A DNA stretch of 64,000 nt from Octopus bimaculoides (Eukaryota), in the NCBI RefSeq assembly GCF_001194135.2, contig NC_068990.1, forward strand, positions 84,097,634-84,161,633, written 5' to 3'. How positions within the stretch are numbered: the stretch's first letter is position 1; every line of letters starts with the position of its first letter. The notes below the pieces were generated by a model. It saw nothing but the letters and a program-made list of their open reading frames with translations, was not told where the DNA came from and searched no databases. This document shows, piece after piece, positions 39,401 to 54,622 of the stretch. The position numbers and the translations under genes are program-made.

Positions 39401-42127
39401 TTTTTATATGTGGCAGATGACAAGGACAATAAGACCACAAGGCAAATAAAATCTCTCAAATAACCAGGAAACTCCCTAGAAATAGTTGATAGCTTTTGAT
39501 GCTCAAGTGGCCTAATTAGCAGTGGAAACAGATCTTTGTGTACAAACTGTATAGCTGCATGGTAGCGAGAAAGGAGTCTTGAATGCAGAGGATTTACAAA
39601 GGCTAGAAAGAAACGAAGTAAGCATGCTCCATCGGATGTGTAATGTTAGAGTGAATGAAGGCTGGAGTACAAATGAACTGAGAGAAAAACTGGATATTAA
39701 AGGTATCAGACGTGATATGCAAGAGAGAAGACTATGTCGATATGGGCAATATGATGCATAATATATAGCTGCATTATAAAGGGCCAAGTGTTTGAAATGA
39801 ACAGAAGAGGGAGACCAAATCATCGGACAAGGTAGTGAAGACTAACCTCGAGACGATGTGTCTCACCAGGGAGTTGACTAAAAACCATGTTGATTGGTGA
39901 CATTCACCCACTTAAGTATAACAAATCAAATGGTTAATAGCAGAAGTGATGGAGGCTGGGAGACGTATGTGCGCACGCACATATTTGGGCCTATTATCCA
40001 ATATGTCCTTGTCAAAACTCCCCTCCTCTTGCCTCTCTGATACCCTCTTATCTTCCTCTCTGTAGACTATATTATGCTGCTAGTGTTAGTCAAGTTACCT
40101 GGTACTCCCTATCAGTAACCTTTCCATACTTCTTGTTATTATTCCCTTAACAGCTGTCACACCATTGTTCACTTCTACCACTATCCATCACTTTCTACCA
40201 TACTTTGAGGACAATGTATTATTCTGTTTCTACCACCATACTTTTGCTATCTTCACACATACGTACATCATGGTTCTTCTCTCACTGATCCTTCTTCAGG
40301 CCACACTTTCAGTTATTTGAGTAAACAAACGCATCATATATCAGTAGAGTTTCTTCAGTTTTAAAAGATACAAGGTAGCCTCACTCTGTGCCGGTGCCTT
40401 AATAAAATACATTTGTGACACTGTGTAAAATGGCTGGTGATTGAATGAACAGAGATAATGTAGGGTTGAGAGGACCACCCTTTAGTCTTGGCAAGGGCAA
40501 GACAACTTCTGTAATGCAGGTGCCACTATATATATATATATATATATNNNNNNNNNNNNNNNNNNNNNNNNNNNNNNNNNNNNNNNNNNNNNNNNNNNNN
40601 NNNNNNNNNNNNNNNNNNNNNNNNNNNNNNNNNNNNNNNNNNNNNNNNNNNNNNNNNNNNNNNNNNNNNNNNNNNNNNNNNNNNNNNNNNNNNNNNNNNN
40701 NNNNNNNNNNNNNNNNNNNNNNNNNNNNNNNNNNNNNNNNNNNNNNNNNNNNNNNNNNNNNNNNNNNNNNNNNNNNNNNNNNNNNNNNNNNNNNNNNNNN
40801 NNNNNNNNNNNNNNNNNNNNNNNNNNNNNNNNNNNNNNNNNNNNNNNNNNNNNNNNNNNNNNNNNNNNNNNNNNNNNNNNNNNNNNNNNNNNNNNNNNNN
40901 NNNNNNNNNNNNNNNNNNNNNNNNNNNNNNNNNNNNNNNNNNNNNNNNNNNNNNNNNNNNNNNNNNNNNNNNNNNNNNNNNNNNNNNNNNNNNNNNNNNN
41001 NNNNNTATATATATATACATACATACTCACATAATGCATATGTGTATACATGAATGTTGACATTTCCGACTGCATGAAGTCGTTCAAACAAAAAGCAGTG
41101 AAGTCATATTTACAATCCCCATGAACAATAATCCTTTAGCTCTACATTTTCAAAGTCTAGTGGGATAGAAATACCTACTTAACAAACAGGTAAAAGCTGA
41201 TGACAAGAAGGATAATCAGTCGTAAAATGCTGCCTTAAATAAGTACCTGTCCAACCCATGCTAGCAAAGAGAACAAAATGGATATAAAAATGAACACAGT
41301 GAATTTAATAATTCTTATTATTAATAGTGACTGTTTACTCCAATGTTTTGCTAATATAGGCATCTGAAAATAGTGTTTGCGGAGATGAAATTTTCCTTAT
41401 ATAGTTGTAATTGTTGTCAGGGGGTAGTGGGTTGAAGTGGTAACAAAGAGAGGGGGGAGAAAAAGAGAAAGTTTTGATTTCGGCATAACTAAAAGGAAAT
41501 GAAGAAAGGAGGTGGGGGAGAACATATTTAATATGTTTAGTCATGTTGGTAATATTCTTTAGTATTGACTGTTAAGATGAAGGTCATTGATACAAAGTTA
41601 TTTTGTACATGGCTGATTTTATTTACAGAAAAAATATTTTTTTTTTTTTAGTATGCATATATACATAGAAATATAAGGTCATCTAACAAACTCCTNNNNN
41701 NNNNNNNNNNNNNNNNNNNNNNNNNNNNNNNNNNNNNNNNNNNNNNNNNNNNNNNNNNNNNNNNNNNNNNNNNNNNNNNNNNNNNNNNNNNNNNNNNNNN
41801 NNNNNNNNNNNNNNNNNNNNNNNNNNNNNNNNNNNNNNNNNNNNNNNNNNNNNNNNNNNNNNNNNNNNNNNNNNNNNNNNNNNNNNNNNNNNNNNNNNNN
41901 NNNNNNNNNNNNNNNNNNNNNNNNNNNNNNNNNNNNNNNNNNNNNNNNNNNNNNNNNNNNNNNNNNNNNNNNNNNNNNNNNNNNNNNNNNNNNNNNNNNN
42001 NNNNNNNTCTGGGTTCAGTCTCACTGCGTGGCACCTTGGGCAAGTGTATTCTACTATAGCCCCAGGCCAATCAAACAACCAAAGCCTTGTGAGTGGATTT
42101 GGTAGATGGAAACTGAAAGAAGCCCAT

Positions 42128-42161
<34 letters not shown>

Positions 42162-43387
42162 ACCACCACCACCACCATCGCTTGACTGATGTTGGTGTCG
42201 ATTTGTTCAACTAAAGGCAGTGCTCCAGCATGGCCGCAGTCAAATAACTGAAACAAAAGAATAAAAGAACACACACACACGTACTTATACACCCATAAAT
42301 AACTATACATATACCCATATACAAATTGTGTTGTATATGGGTATATTTCCGCTAGCTATTTCTGTATATCTACCATCTATGTACTATTTTTCAGTTACCC
42401 ACCTCTTATGCACCCAAGTTCACATTGGTTATGTTATATGGAATTCCTACCAACTCATTTTCTGCTTATCAAGTGTGGACACTTCCCACAAGGCAGAATA
42501 GCCCCATTTTCTTTCATAACAAAATAATTGGCCTTTGCTACATTTACTAATTACAAGGTTTTTTCAATTTGGAACTTTGCATCCATATTTTGGATTCTCT
42601 AAATCTTAATAAGATTCACCTATGAAGACTAGGGACAACTGATCTTAAACTCATCTGTTATGACTTGGAGAAGTATAATACACAGGGCTGGGGTACAAAC
42701 CATGTCTTGACTGACATATTCCTATGCCCTGCTTGTTCAAGGTAATGTGGTCAATAGCAGAGAATGATGGAAGCAGGGCAAGGAATGTGCAAGTGAAAGG
42801 ACTGAAAGTATGATAGGATAAACACAGCAATTGCAATGTAGTTGAAATGATGAGAAAGTGACAGAGCTGGGGGTGAGTAATGGAAGAGAGACAATAGCAG
42901 CAGCTAAAGGTTTGCTGGTAGGAGAGATATGTTTAATAATATTTTAATGCCATTAATATATTTTTTTGCTTATACAATACTGCATTTCAGAGACTTTAGC
43001 CTTGTAGTGTATTGAATAAGAGAATGGGAGTCCTGCATGAAATAAAAAATTTATAAGTTCAATCCCAGTCTGAGCACCTATTTATAAACATAGCAAATAT
43101 GGCATCTGACATTGAACTTTATTTTACACCATGGGAAAGATAGGTTTAACAATATCATAAGTATTCCATTAAAAACATTTTCAGCAATTTCAGCTCTGGA
43201 ATACTGGTTAAGTTATTTTTACCCCATTTTTACTGAACATATGTGAAATCATTTTCAAAACCAAAGGAAATTCAACAGTTAACTCATTAACTGCTATGTG
43301 CCAGAATACAAAAGTTAGTGAAGTTCACCTTTAATTATTCTTTAAACGGAGATTTAAAGATAACATTTCAAGGAGAGAAAAAGTTGA

Positions 43388-43427
<40 letters not shown>

Positions 43428-46400
43428 GTTATATACAAAAAAACAAATAGATTATCAAAAAAGAAGAGATACAAACTCATGTTAGTGATTCAGAGATAAA
43501 GCATTATCTGAAGAGAAAACCAATAGAAAACTAGCATTCAACTTACCAGAATATTGTATTACATGCCAAAGTGCTGTAATTGGAAACATAACACAGCAAA
43601 AGGGAAAATACATTCAGTATTTAAAACAATGGCATATTAAAACCAGCTCATTAAAATATTTTATAATTTTCCATAATCTCTTAAGGAAGATATAAAAGTT
43701 AAGTAACTTTACATATCTAGGGTAAATCATAATATTCTCTTATACAGACAAAATCAGTTAATTTATTCAGTGAATGGGTAGTAATAAGATTGTTGCTGAA
43801 TATTGTAGAAACGCTCAGTTTTGTCTGACCAATTATCCACACTAAAAGAGTTTTCTGCTGGTGCCATCAGATAGTAAATATTACAAGGCAAAAGCTCTAC
43901 AAAGTAATTTTACATGTACTGGAACACTTATCACTCAAAATCTAAACCAGTCTTCCTTTTTGTTTTTTTTTCTTTTCTTTTTTTTTAGCCCATTTGGAAA
44001 GGACAGGGAGCAAGGTCTCTAAGACTGGTGGGAGAAATAAAGGAAGTTATCCTCAAAACCAGACTGGGTTGCACCAGAATGAATTTTATTGAAGAAACCC
44101 AAGGGCCAAGTGATTGTATTAAACTAGGCAACGGACTAAGTCTACCACCTGAGAACTCAGAGGGCAAAGAACTAAAACTACCACAAGGCATCTCATCCAA
44201 TGCTCTGACAATTTTGTCAATCCATTGTCCTACACTGATACTTTATTTCATAAATGCTGACAAAGATGAAAGGGAAAGTTGATCACAGTGGGATTTGAGC
44301 TCAGAGCATTGAACTTATACCACAAAGCATTTTACTCTATGCTCTAGCAACTACTAAGTTACATATACTAATAATATTTCTAACCGATTAATTATCTGAA
44401 TATGTTTCTTTTTATGTTGATTTCTTAGTATTTTTTCACAGGCCTTTTATATCTTGTGTTTTAAAAAAAAAGTTAACTGCCAAAATAATAGTTTTTAATA
44501 ATTTTGTTCTAACAATCATTTCTACAGACTATTCTTAAGTCTTGATTGATAGCAAGTATGAATGACAACTAATCACACAATTGTAATGAGAAATTTCAAA
44601 CAAATTATGATGATGGATAGAAAACACTACATGGTAAATTGAAATTCGCTAAATGTGCTTCTCCAACTAAAAACAATTTTCTTCGATCGCTTGGCTCAAT
44701 TTAATGAAGACAAAAAAATAATGAATGACTATATGAGAAGAGTATTAAAGAGACAAACATTTATTTACACACAGTTGCAATGAAGAAATTACTGTAAGTC
44801 ATTAGTAAAGGTAGATAATATAAAAACTAACTTTTCCAAAACACATCTTAGATGTGCATAAACAATATACAACTTGAAACACAGTTTGTCCAAGAAAAGA
44901 TACATAAAGTATAAAAGTTAATTACCATTTTCCTCACTGACATGAGACAGCATACAAAGTCCTCCATCCATGCTGGCATGGGTTGGATGGTTTGACAGGA
45001 GCTGGAGTATCAAAAGATTGTGCCGAGCTCTACAGTCAGCTTTGGCATGGCTTTTATGGCTGGATATCCAGCTGTGGCTATTTTACTTAACTAAAATGAC
45101 TTGTGGTTATAAGAAAGACAATGTCAACAAGGAGAATTACCAACTTGCAGATATCTCTAATCAAAAAAACAAAAGCCAAGCAGTTGACTCTATGTCAGGT
45201 ATATGTGAGGTAAACAAAATACTGATTGCTCTGTATCCCAACAACACTTTTACTATAGAAATTCAGTAACCAAAATGTAAATGAAAATTGTAAACCATCA
45301 TAAATGACAACTTTAGATACACAGATGTGTTTGTCTTTTTTCACATCATTCCAGAGATACACTGGTCAGTCATTCAATTGACTATATTCCTGCTCACAAA
45401 TGCGTGGCCTTATGTAAGCCAATCTAGAAAGCCCTTGTTAATAAAAGCCATCTAAATATCATCTCAAAGATATAAAAGTGCAATAATGAGTTTTTTAAAT
45501 GCTACATTTTCTTATTTGAATCCCCATAAGGGAAATGGTTATAACCTAATAGGATACGGGGAAGACAAAAAGTGAAATTGTGTTAGAGAGACATAAGTAC
45601 AGTAAGTTATTTACTTTACAGTGTAGGTGATTAGATTAACATGGTAAACATAAGAATTCCAGAGAGGAGGTTATAAATCTGAAGAGAAACTATTGTGCAT
45701 ATAATTTGGCAGACTACTCTTTGTTATTTTTGTATAACTAAGCTAGTCACATATACTTTGTGTATTTGTGGTTACCTGTGCTTACATAAAAATAACTTCT
45801 CTAAGCTATAAGTTATTTATTGACTCTAAAGAGAAAACCCAGACTTTCTATTGCATGCATCTTTTGGCTATGCTGAATATGAATTATTGCATCAAGTAGT
45901 TTAGTACCAAAATCAAAAGTGAAAGGCTGCTCACATTCACCTCTTTTTTTATATTGTCTTTGTGATGCAAGATTCATCAAATACATAAAAGAGCCTTACA
46001 CCCTTACACACATACAAATCCATCATCTAGATTTAGAGACCACTGAGGTCAAGAGAGCCCACTTATCTGTGTTACATGTAAAATAGCTGAAGAAACAGAA
46101 TGTTATATCAATCTGAGCAAAATTAAAAATTCAAAACTCTACTGAAAATGTTAATATCACAGATGAGAGTATATAAAGCCCACCATACTCATTAAGTACT
46201 CATCTTGGATTCAAATTTGATTGTTTACTATGAGCCAACTTAATTCAATTAACTTTCATGCAATAAACATCCTATCACTGAGTATAATGTTACTTGTGTA
46301 ATCAGGATGTAGTTCCTGCACTTAAGAGTTACATACATAATTTGAATAAGCTGGTAATATTTTTACAGTCTAGACCAGCGTTCCTTTTTTTTTTTTGTGC

Positions 46401-49400
46401 TTTTTTTGCAAATTTTCAATAACACCCACTGTGGGGCAATGGAGAAAATGAATGGAGTATTTGCATGGAGCAGTGAGAGTGTTTAAAGGCAATGAAGCCT
46501 GGACTGTATCAAGAAAGATGGAACAGTGCTTTGAAAAGTATGTTTATACATTTTGTAATTAGATATTTTTACACTTCGTTAGTATCAAAATCTAAAACAA
46601 AATAATAACTAAATGAAACCAACATCTGTTGTGCAGGAAAAATATTCTACTAGCCAGGTCCCATCACCAACCAACAACTGAAAGCTGTTTATAATCAGAA
46701 ATGGTGAAGAACATTTGGTTAAACTTCCCCAATGAAAAACGTCTGAACGTTACATAACATGACCAACTTGGTGAACAGAGGTATGGGGTAGGCTGAAAAG
46801 TTCATTTGCTAACTATGAAGGAGTGATGCTAGAGCTGCAAAATCTTGCATGCATTAAATTCAGCTATTCTTATTAATAACTGCTACATTTTTTTCCATGT
46901 AAACTGACATCAAAGAACACATCCGTAGCGACTTTTCTTGAAAATCAACAAAAATTAGCATCATGGTATTATCAAGTACCTGCAGAAAAAAGGTTTAGCT
47001 CCCAAGAACATTCATGCTGGCATGGTAGCTACATTAGGGGATGACATTCCAGCTTTATCAACAATGCAAAAGAGGGTAGCTGAATTTAGGAAAGGAATGG
47101 AAAGTCTTGAGGATGACCCAAGGTCTAGACATCATACAATTGCCACCACCAAAGAAAACATTGATCGCATTCACCATATGGTGATGAATGACAGGCAAGT
47201 GAATATAAATCAAATAGCCAATGCTATTAGCATATCTCGTGAGAGAGTTGAGAATATTCTGTACAATGAACTTGGAATGATAAAGGTTTCTGCTAGGTGG
47301 GTGCCATGTCTCCTGACACCAGATTGATCACATCTGACATTGTTTCAGGCAGATCAAGCTGGTTTCCTTCAATGTTTCCTAAACCAGGATGAGTGTTGGC
47401 TTTGTCACTTTGAGCCAGAGACAAAGTAACAGTCCATACAGTAGAAACACCCCTCTTCACCTGCACCAAAGAAGGCCAACGTCATTTCATCTACAGGGAA
47501 GATGAGGACCTCAGTTTTTTTGGAATGCAAAAGGCATTGTGTTTATTGACTATATTCAAAAGGGCCATACCATCAATGGAGAGTACTATGGCAACTTGCT
47601 GAAGCAGATATAAAAGGCTCTAAGATCAAACACCCAGAAAAACTGACAAAAGGGATCTTGTTTCGTCAGGACAATGATCGAGCATGCAAGTCCTTGCTTT
47701 TAATGGCTTTTGTGAATGATTGTGGTTTTGAACTGTTTAATCACCCGCCACTATTCTTCTCTGATTTGGCCCCATCTGACTATCATCTGTTCCCCAAGAA
47801 AAAAACATTTTGCTGAGAACCAGTATCACAGTGATGATGACATCATATCTGCTCTGATGACATTTTTTTTACCAAAAGGACGGAAGCTTCTTCACCAATG
47901 GGATTGAAGCACTGCAACACTACTGAAAGAAACATGTGGACCACAAGGGGCACTGTGTTAAAAAATAATCCTTATTTGGTCACATTCCATGAGAGCATCT
48001 TGAGCAGCCTATGAACTTTTCAGCTGACCCTCGTATATCTTAACATACTTGTATTTCATTTCAGTTTTTCTATTTGCCTATGTTTATACATAATCTGAAG
48101 ATTTTAACTTAAATTCACTAACTGTTCAAAACATGCATCCAGAGAAACTGGAAAAGGAGAAATGAAAAGAAAAATCATTATAAGCAATATAGAAGATGAT
48201 ATTTCAATTCCATATTTCACATTAAAGACAAAATAGATGATGGCTTTTCAGAAATACAAATCAAAACACTAAACTTTAACTGAATTTGAACTTTTATACT
48301 ATGTTTTATATTAAATGATAATGTTTGCTTCTCCATAAGAAAAACGGTAGACTATTTTATTATTCTGCTAAACAATAAGAAAATGAAGAGGATATGTTAT
48401 GTGAACGATAAAATAACTTTAGTTAGGGGGCACTGATAATTTTATAAGATCAAACAGAAGCATTTAAAGGGGAAAATGGCTGACAATCACTCATCTAGAC
48501 AGTTTAATCCCCTCACAGAATTGAGCAAGATAGGTTCAAAAGTAATAGCTAAGTTTGGACAAATTGTATTCATCCAGTTAAATTTTTTAGTTCTCACTAG
48601 TGGACAACTCATAAGTGATGGTTTATTATTCTTATGATTAAGACTTAAACAATCTCAACTCTACACTTCAGACTACAGAGGTTTGTATATATTTTCATAT
48701 TACTGCTGAAGTAACAGTTTACATAACCTACATAGAAACTTCAAAAGCTAACAAAGCTTAAATAAAAAGTTTACAACACCCAAATATATATGTTTAAAAC
48801 ATATGTAGGCATGCTATGGAATGATTCTTGGCAATATAGACCAATTTTTCAGCAGCACAGCATATCAAACTTATAGCAGTTCTTGGTTTGTTAATGCTAG
48901 TCAGAATTTGCCTAATTCTGCTACTTAGCCAAATAATGATAGTTTAGAGTTTTATTGAAAAAAACATTCTACTTAGCTTACAGCTTATTCATAATAATTT
49001 ACATAGTGATATTAGTTTAACAATTGTTTAAAAAAATTATATCAAAAACAGCAGCACTAGAACTAAAACTGCTACATTGATACAGCGGCCATTTTTAACA
49101 ATTGTTCAACTACACTGTATATGTAAGTTTAACTACCTTGTAAGCTAAGCAGAATGTTTTTAATGTAGCTGTAAGCCGTGATCACTTGGCAGAATGACAA
49201 GATTAGCCAAAGTCTGACAATAATTAATCAATCAGAAATTATGATCACTTCAATACTTGTGATGGTTTCACAAGAAACTAGTGTTTGTCCCAAAGATTCG
49301 TTCCACAGCATGACTAGACGTGATTTAAACAAATATTCTTTGGTGTACTTAACTCTTCACTTTCCTCCCATAATGTGTTAGTCTAAAGCTTAAGGAGTAG

Positions 49401-52400
49401 TTATTGGGTAGCATCAATCAGCTCTTCTTGAGCACACTTATAGCTTGTTGATGAACTAGATATATCAATAAGGAAGCCTTTATGCGGGTGCTCAACTTGC
49501 TAGATATAGCAGTCTAATAATCAGAACAGCTGTATGATCAAAACATCCCAGTTGTCATCATCCATGTTTTTCAGACATAGTATATATAAGACTATATTAT
49601 TCAATGTGTAATTTCTTTTCAAGGGAACATGATCTTTCATTTTTCAGGGGTTCATAAAATAAGTAGCAGGAACATAAGAAAGATCAATTTAATATATTGC
49701 CCCTCTTCAAATGTACAGCCATTTACCAATATTGGAAATCATTAGAGTGAAGATAGCAAGGCCAAAGTGCCAGACTAAAAATAGAGAGGGATAGATTGGT
49801 TTTGTTCTAAATGGAACAAAAGGGAAAGAAATGATGATAAACATAAAGTCTATCTCCACAATCAAATGTAGCCTACAACATAGATTAATGGTTAGCAGAT
49901 TCAAGAAAAGGAAAGAAACCCTAATTATTGTTTAACTCCAAGCTAACCCTGGTCAAGCAGGAATATATCATAAAAAAGCATTCCAGCTATAACCACATCT
50001 TTTTTTCTAATTACAGTGTATCTAGGACTATATTATCAAATTTGTCCTTCCTTTTTAAAACTTAGTGTGACCTTAGGAAAATTCAGCTGATATTTGTAAT
50101 AGATAGTCTCCTTATTTAGTTCAAACCTTGTGTAAGGTGAGAGTGGGTGAAGACAGCTGTAGAGATTAAATGAGAGATAATGAAAAGAAAGATATAAAAA
50201 AAAAATAAGAAAATTAAAAAAAAAAGAAAAACAGCAAGACTTTCATAGAAAGTTGTTAAAATGTTAAAAGCATCAAGATTGGCATCAGAACAGGAACTTG
50301 CAAGGTGTATTTTAAGTGCACTGATATGTAGCAGAGAATCCCAAGCACTTACATCAGCTGTTAAGTATAATGCACTGGATATGTAATATGAAGCTGACAG
50401 ATGGGTTGAACACAAAATGGGTTATTAAAGCACCAGGATATGAAAATCAGCAGCCGATGATTCCTAGAGAAACAACTGCATTGAACTATTGTAAGCGATG
50501 CAAAGAGACAATGATAAATGCTGAGTTAAATATTTTTTAAGATGTTAGTAAAGGATTTAGTGATGGGCACTCAGTGTTTGATCAACTGGATTCCTACTTG
50601 TGAAATTAACCTGCAAGTGGTTGAGTATTCCACAGACATACAATCTGCTGCAAAGACTGAATCAATGTGACACTATGTGATAGGGTTGAAGCTTTGAATA
50701 AAAGAAAGAATCCAGAGAGGAACAAAGAAGTATCAATTCAGTACTGGCCTGGTATTTGGACCCTGAATGGATGAAAAGGCAAAACTGATCTCAGTAGGGT
50801 TTTAACGGAGTCCAATAAAATGGGACAAATATTGCAAGATATTCTAACCAAAGCTGTAGTGATTCTGCCAGTTCATTGTCTTGAAGGGGACATAGGATAG
50901 AGTAACTCAAACAAATATTTGGCATGAGGTAATAAACAATAGAAGCTCACATGGGATGCCACAATATTTTAAAGATATACGAAGTTAATGTAACAAGAGG
51001 CGCACAAAATCATGCTATCAATAGGAAGCAGTGAAGGTCACATACATGCTCCACAAACACTCATGAAATGATAACAGATTTGAAACATAAACCTAAGTTT
51101 TAGAATTTAAATAAATTTTCAGATTTAAATTACAAGATATAATCAGTAAAAAGAAGCATTATATGGAGAAATACTCAAATACAAAAGGGACAACAAGGAA
51201 ATATGCTATCGTTAACAAAACCAAGGTACACAATGCGTTGCTCTCTCGTCTCCATATGGAGTTGTAGGAGTGCCTTTGAGATTTTTAAACCCAGATAGAT
51301 TGGCTTTTCAGCCTAAACAGTACTATAAGGGGGTTTTTGAAATTACTGAAATAAAGAGACATGTGAATCAGATAAGCATACTATCCACAAGGTCAATAGT
51401 CCATGATGTGTTTCCTGTTCCCTTGTATAGCACTATACTTAAGAATGATTAAAACATTTCTAAAAAGGGCAGCTGAGTTTTGTTAACACTGAAATTACCA
51501 GTATTATTATTCTAATTTTCCATAATATTTGTGTTCGTGTGATTCCACTGGGTGAAACCATAGGATAGAGAAATAGATAACCTTAGGAAAAGATAATTAG
51601 GAATGCCTTCTCGAGTTTCTGACATAAAATCTATTCATGCTCAACTTTACCTTTAAGGGAAATCTTTAATTTTTTTGTTTGTTTGTTTATTTGTTTTTTT
51701 TAAACAAATAGTTCAGATGTGGCTGAGACAAAAGAGAATGAAACTAAATGCATTACGATATTTATTTCTTCATTTCATCATTCAAAAATCTGAAGTGAAA
51801 ATTCTGTTATTCCCCAAGGATTGATCAAATAAGTATCAATCATATGCAATTGATTGAGTTGACTATACACTCTACAAAAAAACACTAGACAAGAACCTAA
51901 ACCAGTATTTACTCTGGCAGAGAAAATCTTAAACCAATAATTATTGGGATAGAAGGCCTAGCTGTGTGTCTAAGAAGGCCTTTTCTCAGCCACTAATAGG
52001 AAACCACTCCAAAGTATTCTTTTCACAGAAGCTTATGAACAATCCCTGTATGTGCATTTGTATTCTTTTTTTACCATCAATCAGGAAGACAATTGAATTA
52101 CAATGCTGAGGAGGACTGGTAAGACCAAAACAGGTCTGAAATTGTCCACCTATTTCCAGTCTTAATTTAGACTTTGATACATCAATTGATTTGATTTGTT
52201 TTTTGTAGTTACCTCTTTTGCCTTTGGTTTGGTAGAGTTAACTATTGTTGAAAAATGTCTGTCACTCCTCAATACAAATATAACTCCCTCTAGACATAAG
52301 TTTTCTCTTGGAAACAACACTGGTAGTCACTCCTATGCCATGGAATTGAACTTGGCACTTGACAAATTACTGTTAATTCTATAAAGCTTATGTTCTTGAC

Positions 52401-54307
52401 AGCTGTAAAGTATACCATCCTCAATGCAGGTGGATTTGTCTATTGAGAGTTAAGTGGCTATCAAGACAATATCAAGCCATAAACAGGATCTGAACTGATG
52501 GCTTCTCAAGTGCTTCATCCAGCCAACTCAGCCAATCACTTTTTCAAGCTTATCAAGAGATAAACTAGCCAAGAATCTGCTTATGAAGACCTTTTCTTTC
52601 TTACCATTTCCTTTTGAAAGAAAAGCTTATTTCTGTAGCTGATATTTCACACCTTGTCAATTACAATTTGATACAGGTTTATCAAGCCAGCTTACTTTTA
52701 TCATCAACATTTTTGAAATCATTCAAGATAAGGAACACTTTATGCACACCACATATTATTCCATACGTCTTAATATTCTATTTGTATAGTTGTTTCCCAG
52801 TACAGCCAATATCTTTCAACATCAAGAAAGTACAACACACACATGAACCACATATCTATATCATTAACACTAACTTGTAACACTTGCTAATCAATTACAT
52901 TTCCTTTTATTTGCTGGAATTCAGTTTATTTGCAGCTACCATTCCATACAGTGCAAGCTAGGTTAAAATTCCATACAGCGTACCCAGTGCAGCGTAAGAG
53001 GTGCAGCAGTATCACAGGATAGTTAACAGAGAAAGTAGTCTCAGTGTGTGGCAGGTGTGTTCACTAAGAATGTACACGAAACAAACTTCCTCAAACGTCC
53101 AAGGGAGGGAGTCCTTAGTAGTAGTAGATAGCTTCTGCTACCTAGGCAACCAATTTAACAGTGGAGGAGGATACTACGAAAGCATAGTTACTAGAATAAG
53201 AATGGGCTAGGCAAAGTTCAGAGAGCTACTACTGTTGTTGATAACAAACAGCCTCTCCCTCAGAGTATAATGCCTGTGTTCAGACAGCTATGCTACATGG
53301 CAGTGAAACATGGACTGTGACTGCAGAGGACATGTGAAGGTTTGAAAGAAATAAAGCCAGCATGCTCAGCTTGATGTGCTGTGGAAGTGTGCATTTGAAC
53401 AATTACAAAGTGAAAGTGCTTCAAGGAAAAAAATTGGATATAAAAGGAATCAGATGTTGTGTGCAAGACAAAAGACTGCACTGGTATGGACATGTGATGT
53501 GTATGGATGAGAACACATGCATAAGTGCCAATCCTTAATTGTGGAGGGAACCTGTAGAAGAGGTAGACCCAGGAAGATGTGGGACAAAGTGATGAGAAAC
53601 AATCTTCAGACGTTGAGCCTCGCAGAGGAGATAACAATGGACTGAGACTTCTGGCAATCCACTGTACTTGAGGAGACAGGTCAAGCTAAGTAAAATTGTG
53701 TCAGGCAATCCCACCCTTTACACATGTTCTTTGCTCTGTCAAAACTCCCCTGCAAACCCATCTTTTCAACATACCTGCATCCTATTCATGATCACTCCCT
53801 ACAGCAGGCTCCTCCTCTCTTCCCTCACATGCCTGTCTGTACACTCTCCATACCCTCACATATCTACCATACTCCAGCCACTCCAATTTCTATCACCATC
53901 CCTTACTAGTTACATCTTTTCCATCTCTAAACATCCCCCCTCTATTCCTTCTGTACCACTTATACTTTCCCCCCACTGCTACCTGAGGTCAGGTCCTGAT
54001 GCATCTCCAATACCATTTCTCTCTGACTGTCTCTATATCTCCATTTTCTCCTCTCTTTTCCTACAGGGGTAGCCAAGTATCTCTTCTACAGTAAGACACC
54101 TATCTCAACCTCTCACCTGGCACAAAGCCACTACTCATGTTTCCACTCTTTCTCTCCAATGATGCCAGTGCCATGTAAAAAGCACCAGTGCTAGTGCCAC
54201 ATAAAAAAGCACCCATTACACTTAGTAAAGTGGTTGGCATTAGGAAGGGCATCCAGCCATAGAAAGCATGCCAAAACAGACAATGGAGTTCAGAAGGCCT
54301 GAAACTT

Positions 54308-54341
<34 letters not shown>

Positions 54342-54576
54342 NNNNNNNNNNNNNNNNNNNNNNNNNNNNNNNNNNNNNNNNNNNNNNNNNNNNNNNNNNN
54401 NNNNNNNNNNNNNNNNNNNNNNNNNNNNNNNNNNNNNNNNNNNNNNNNNNNNNNNNNNNNNNNNNNNNNNNNNNNNNNNNNNNNNNNNNNNNNNNNNNNN
54501 NNNNNNNNNNNNNNNNNNNAGATATTTTCCAAATCTTTAAGAAATGCTTTCCTTCTCTCTCTCCCTCTCTCAATTG

Positions 54577-54622
<46 letters not shown>

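Noticed and set aside
51950-52600. Possible highly decayed LINE RT on the minus strand
   Set aside because: Motif matches are too weak to support a call without a profile search
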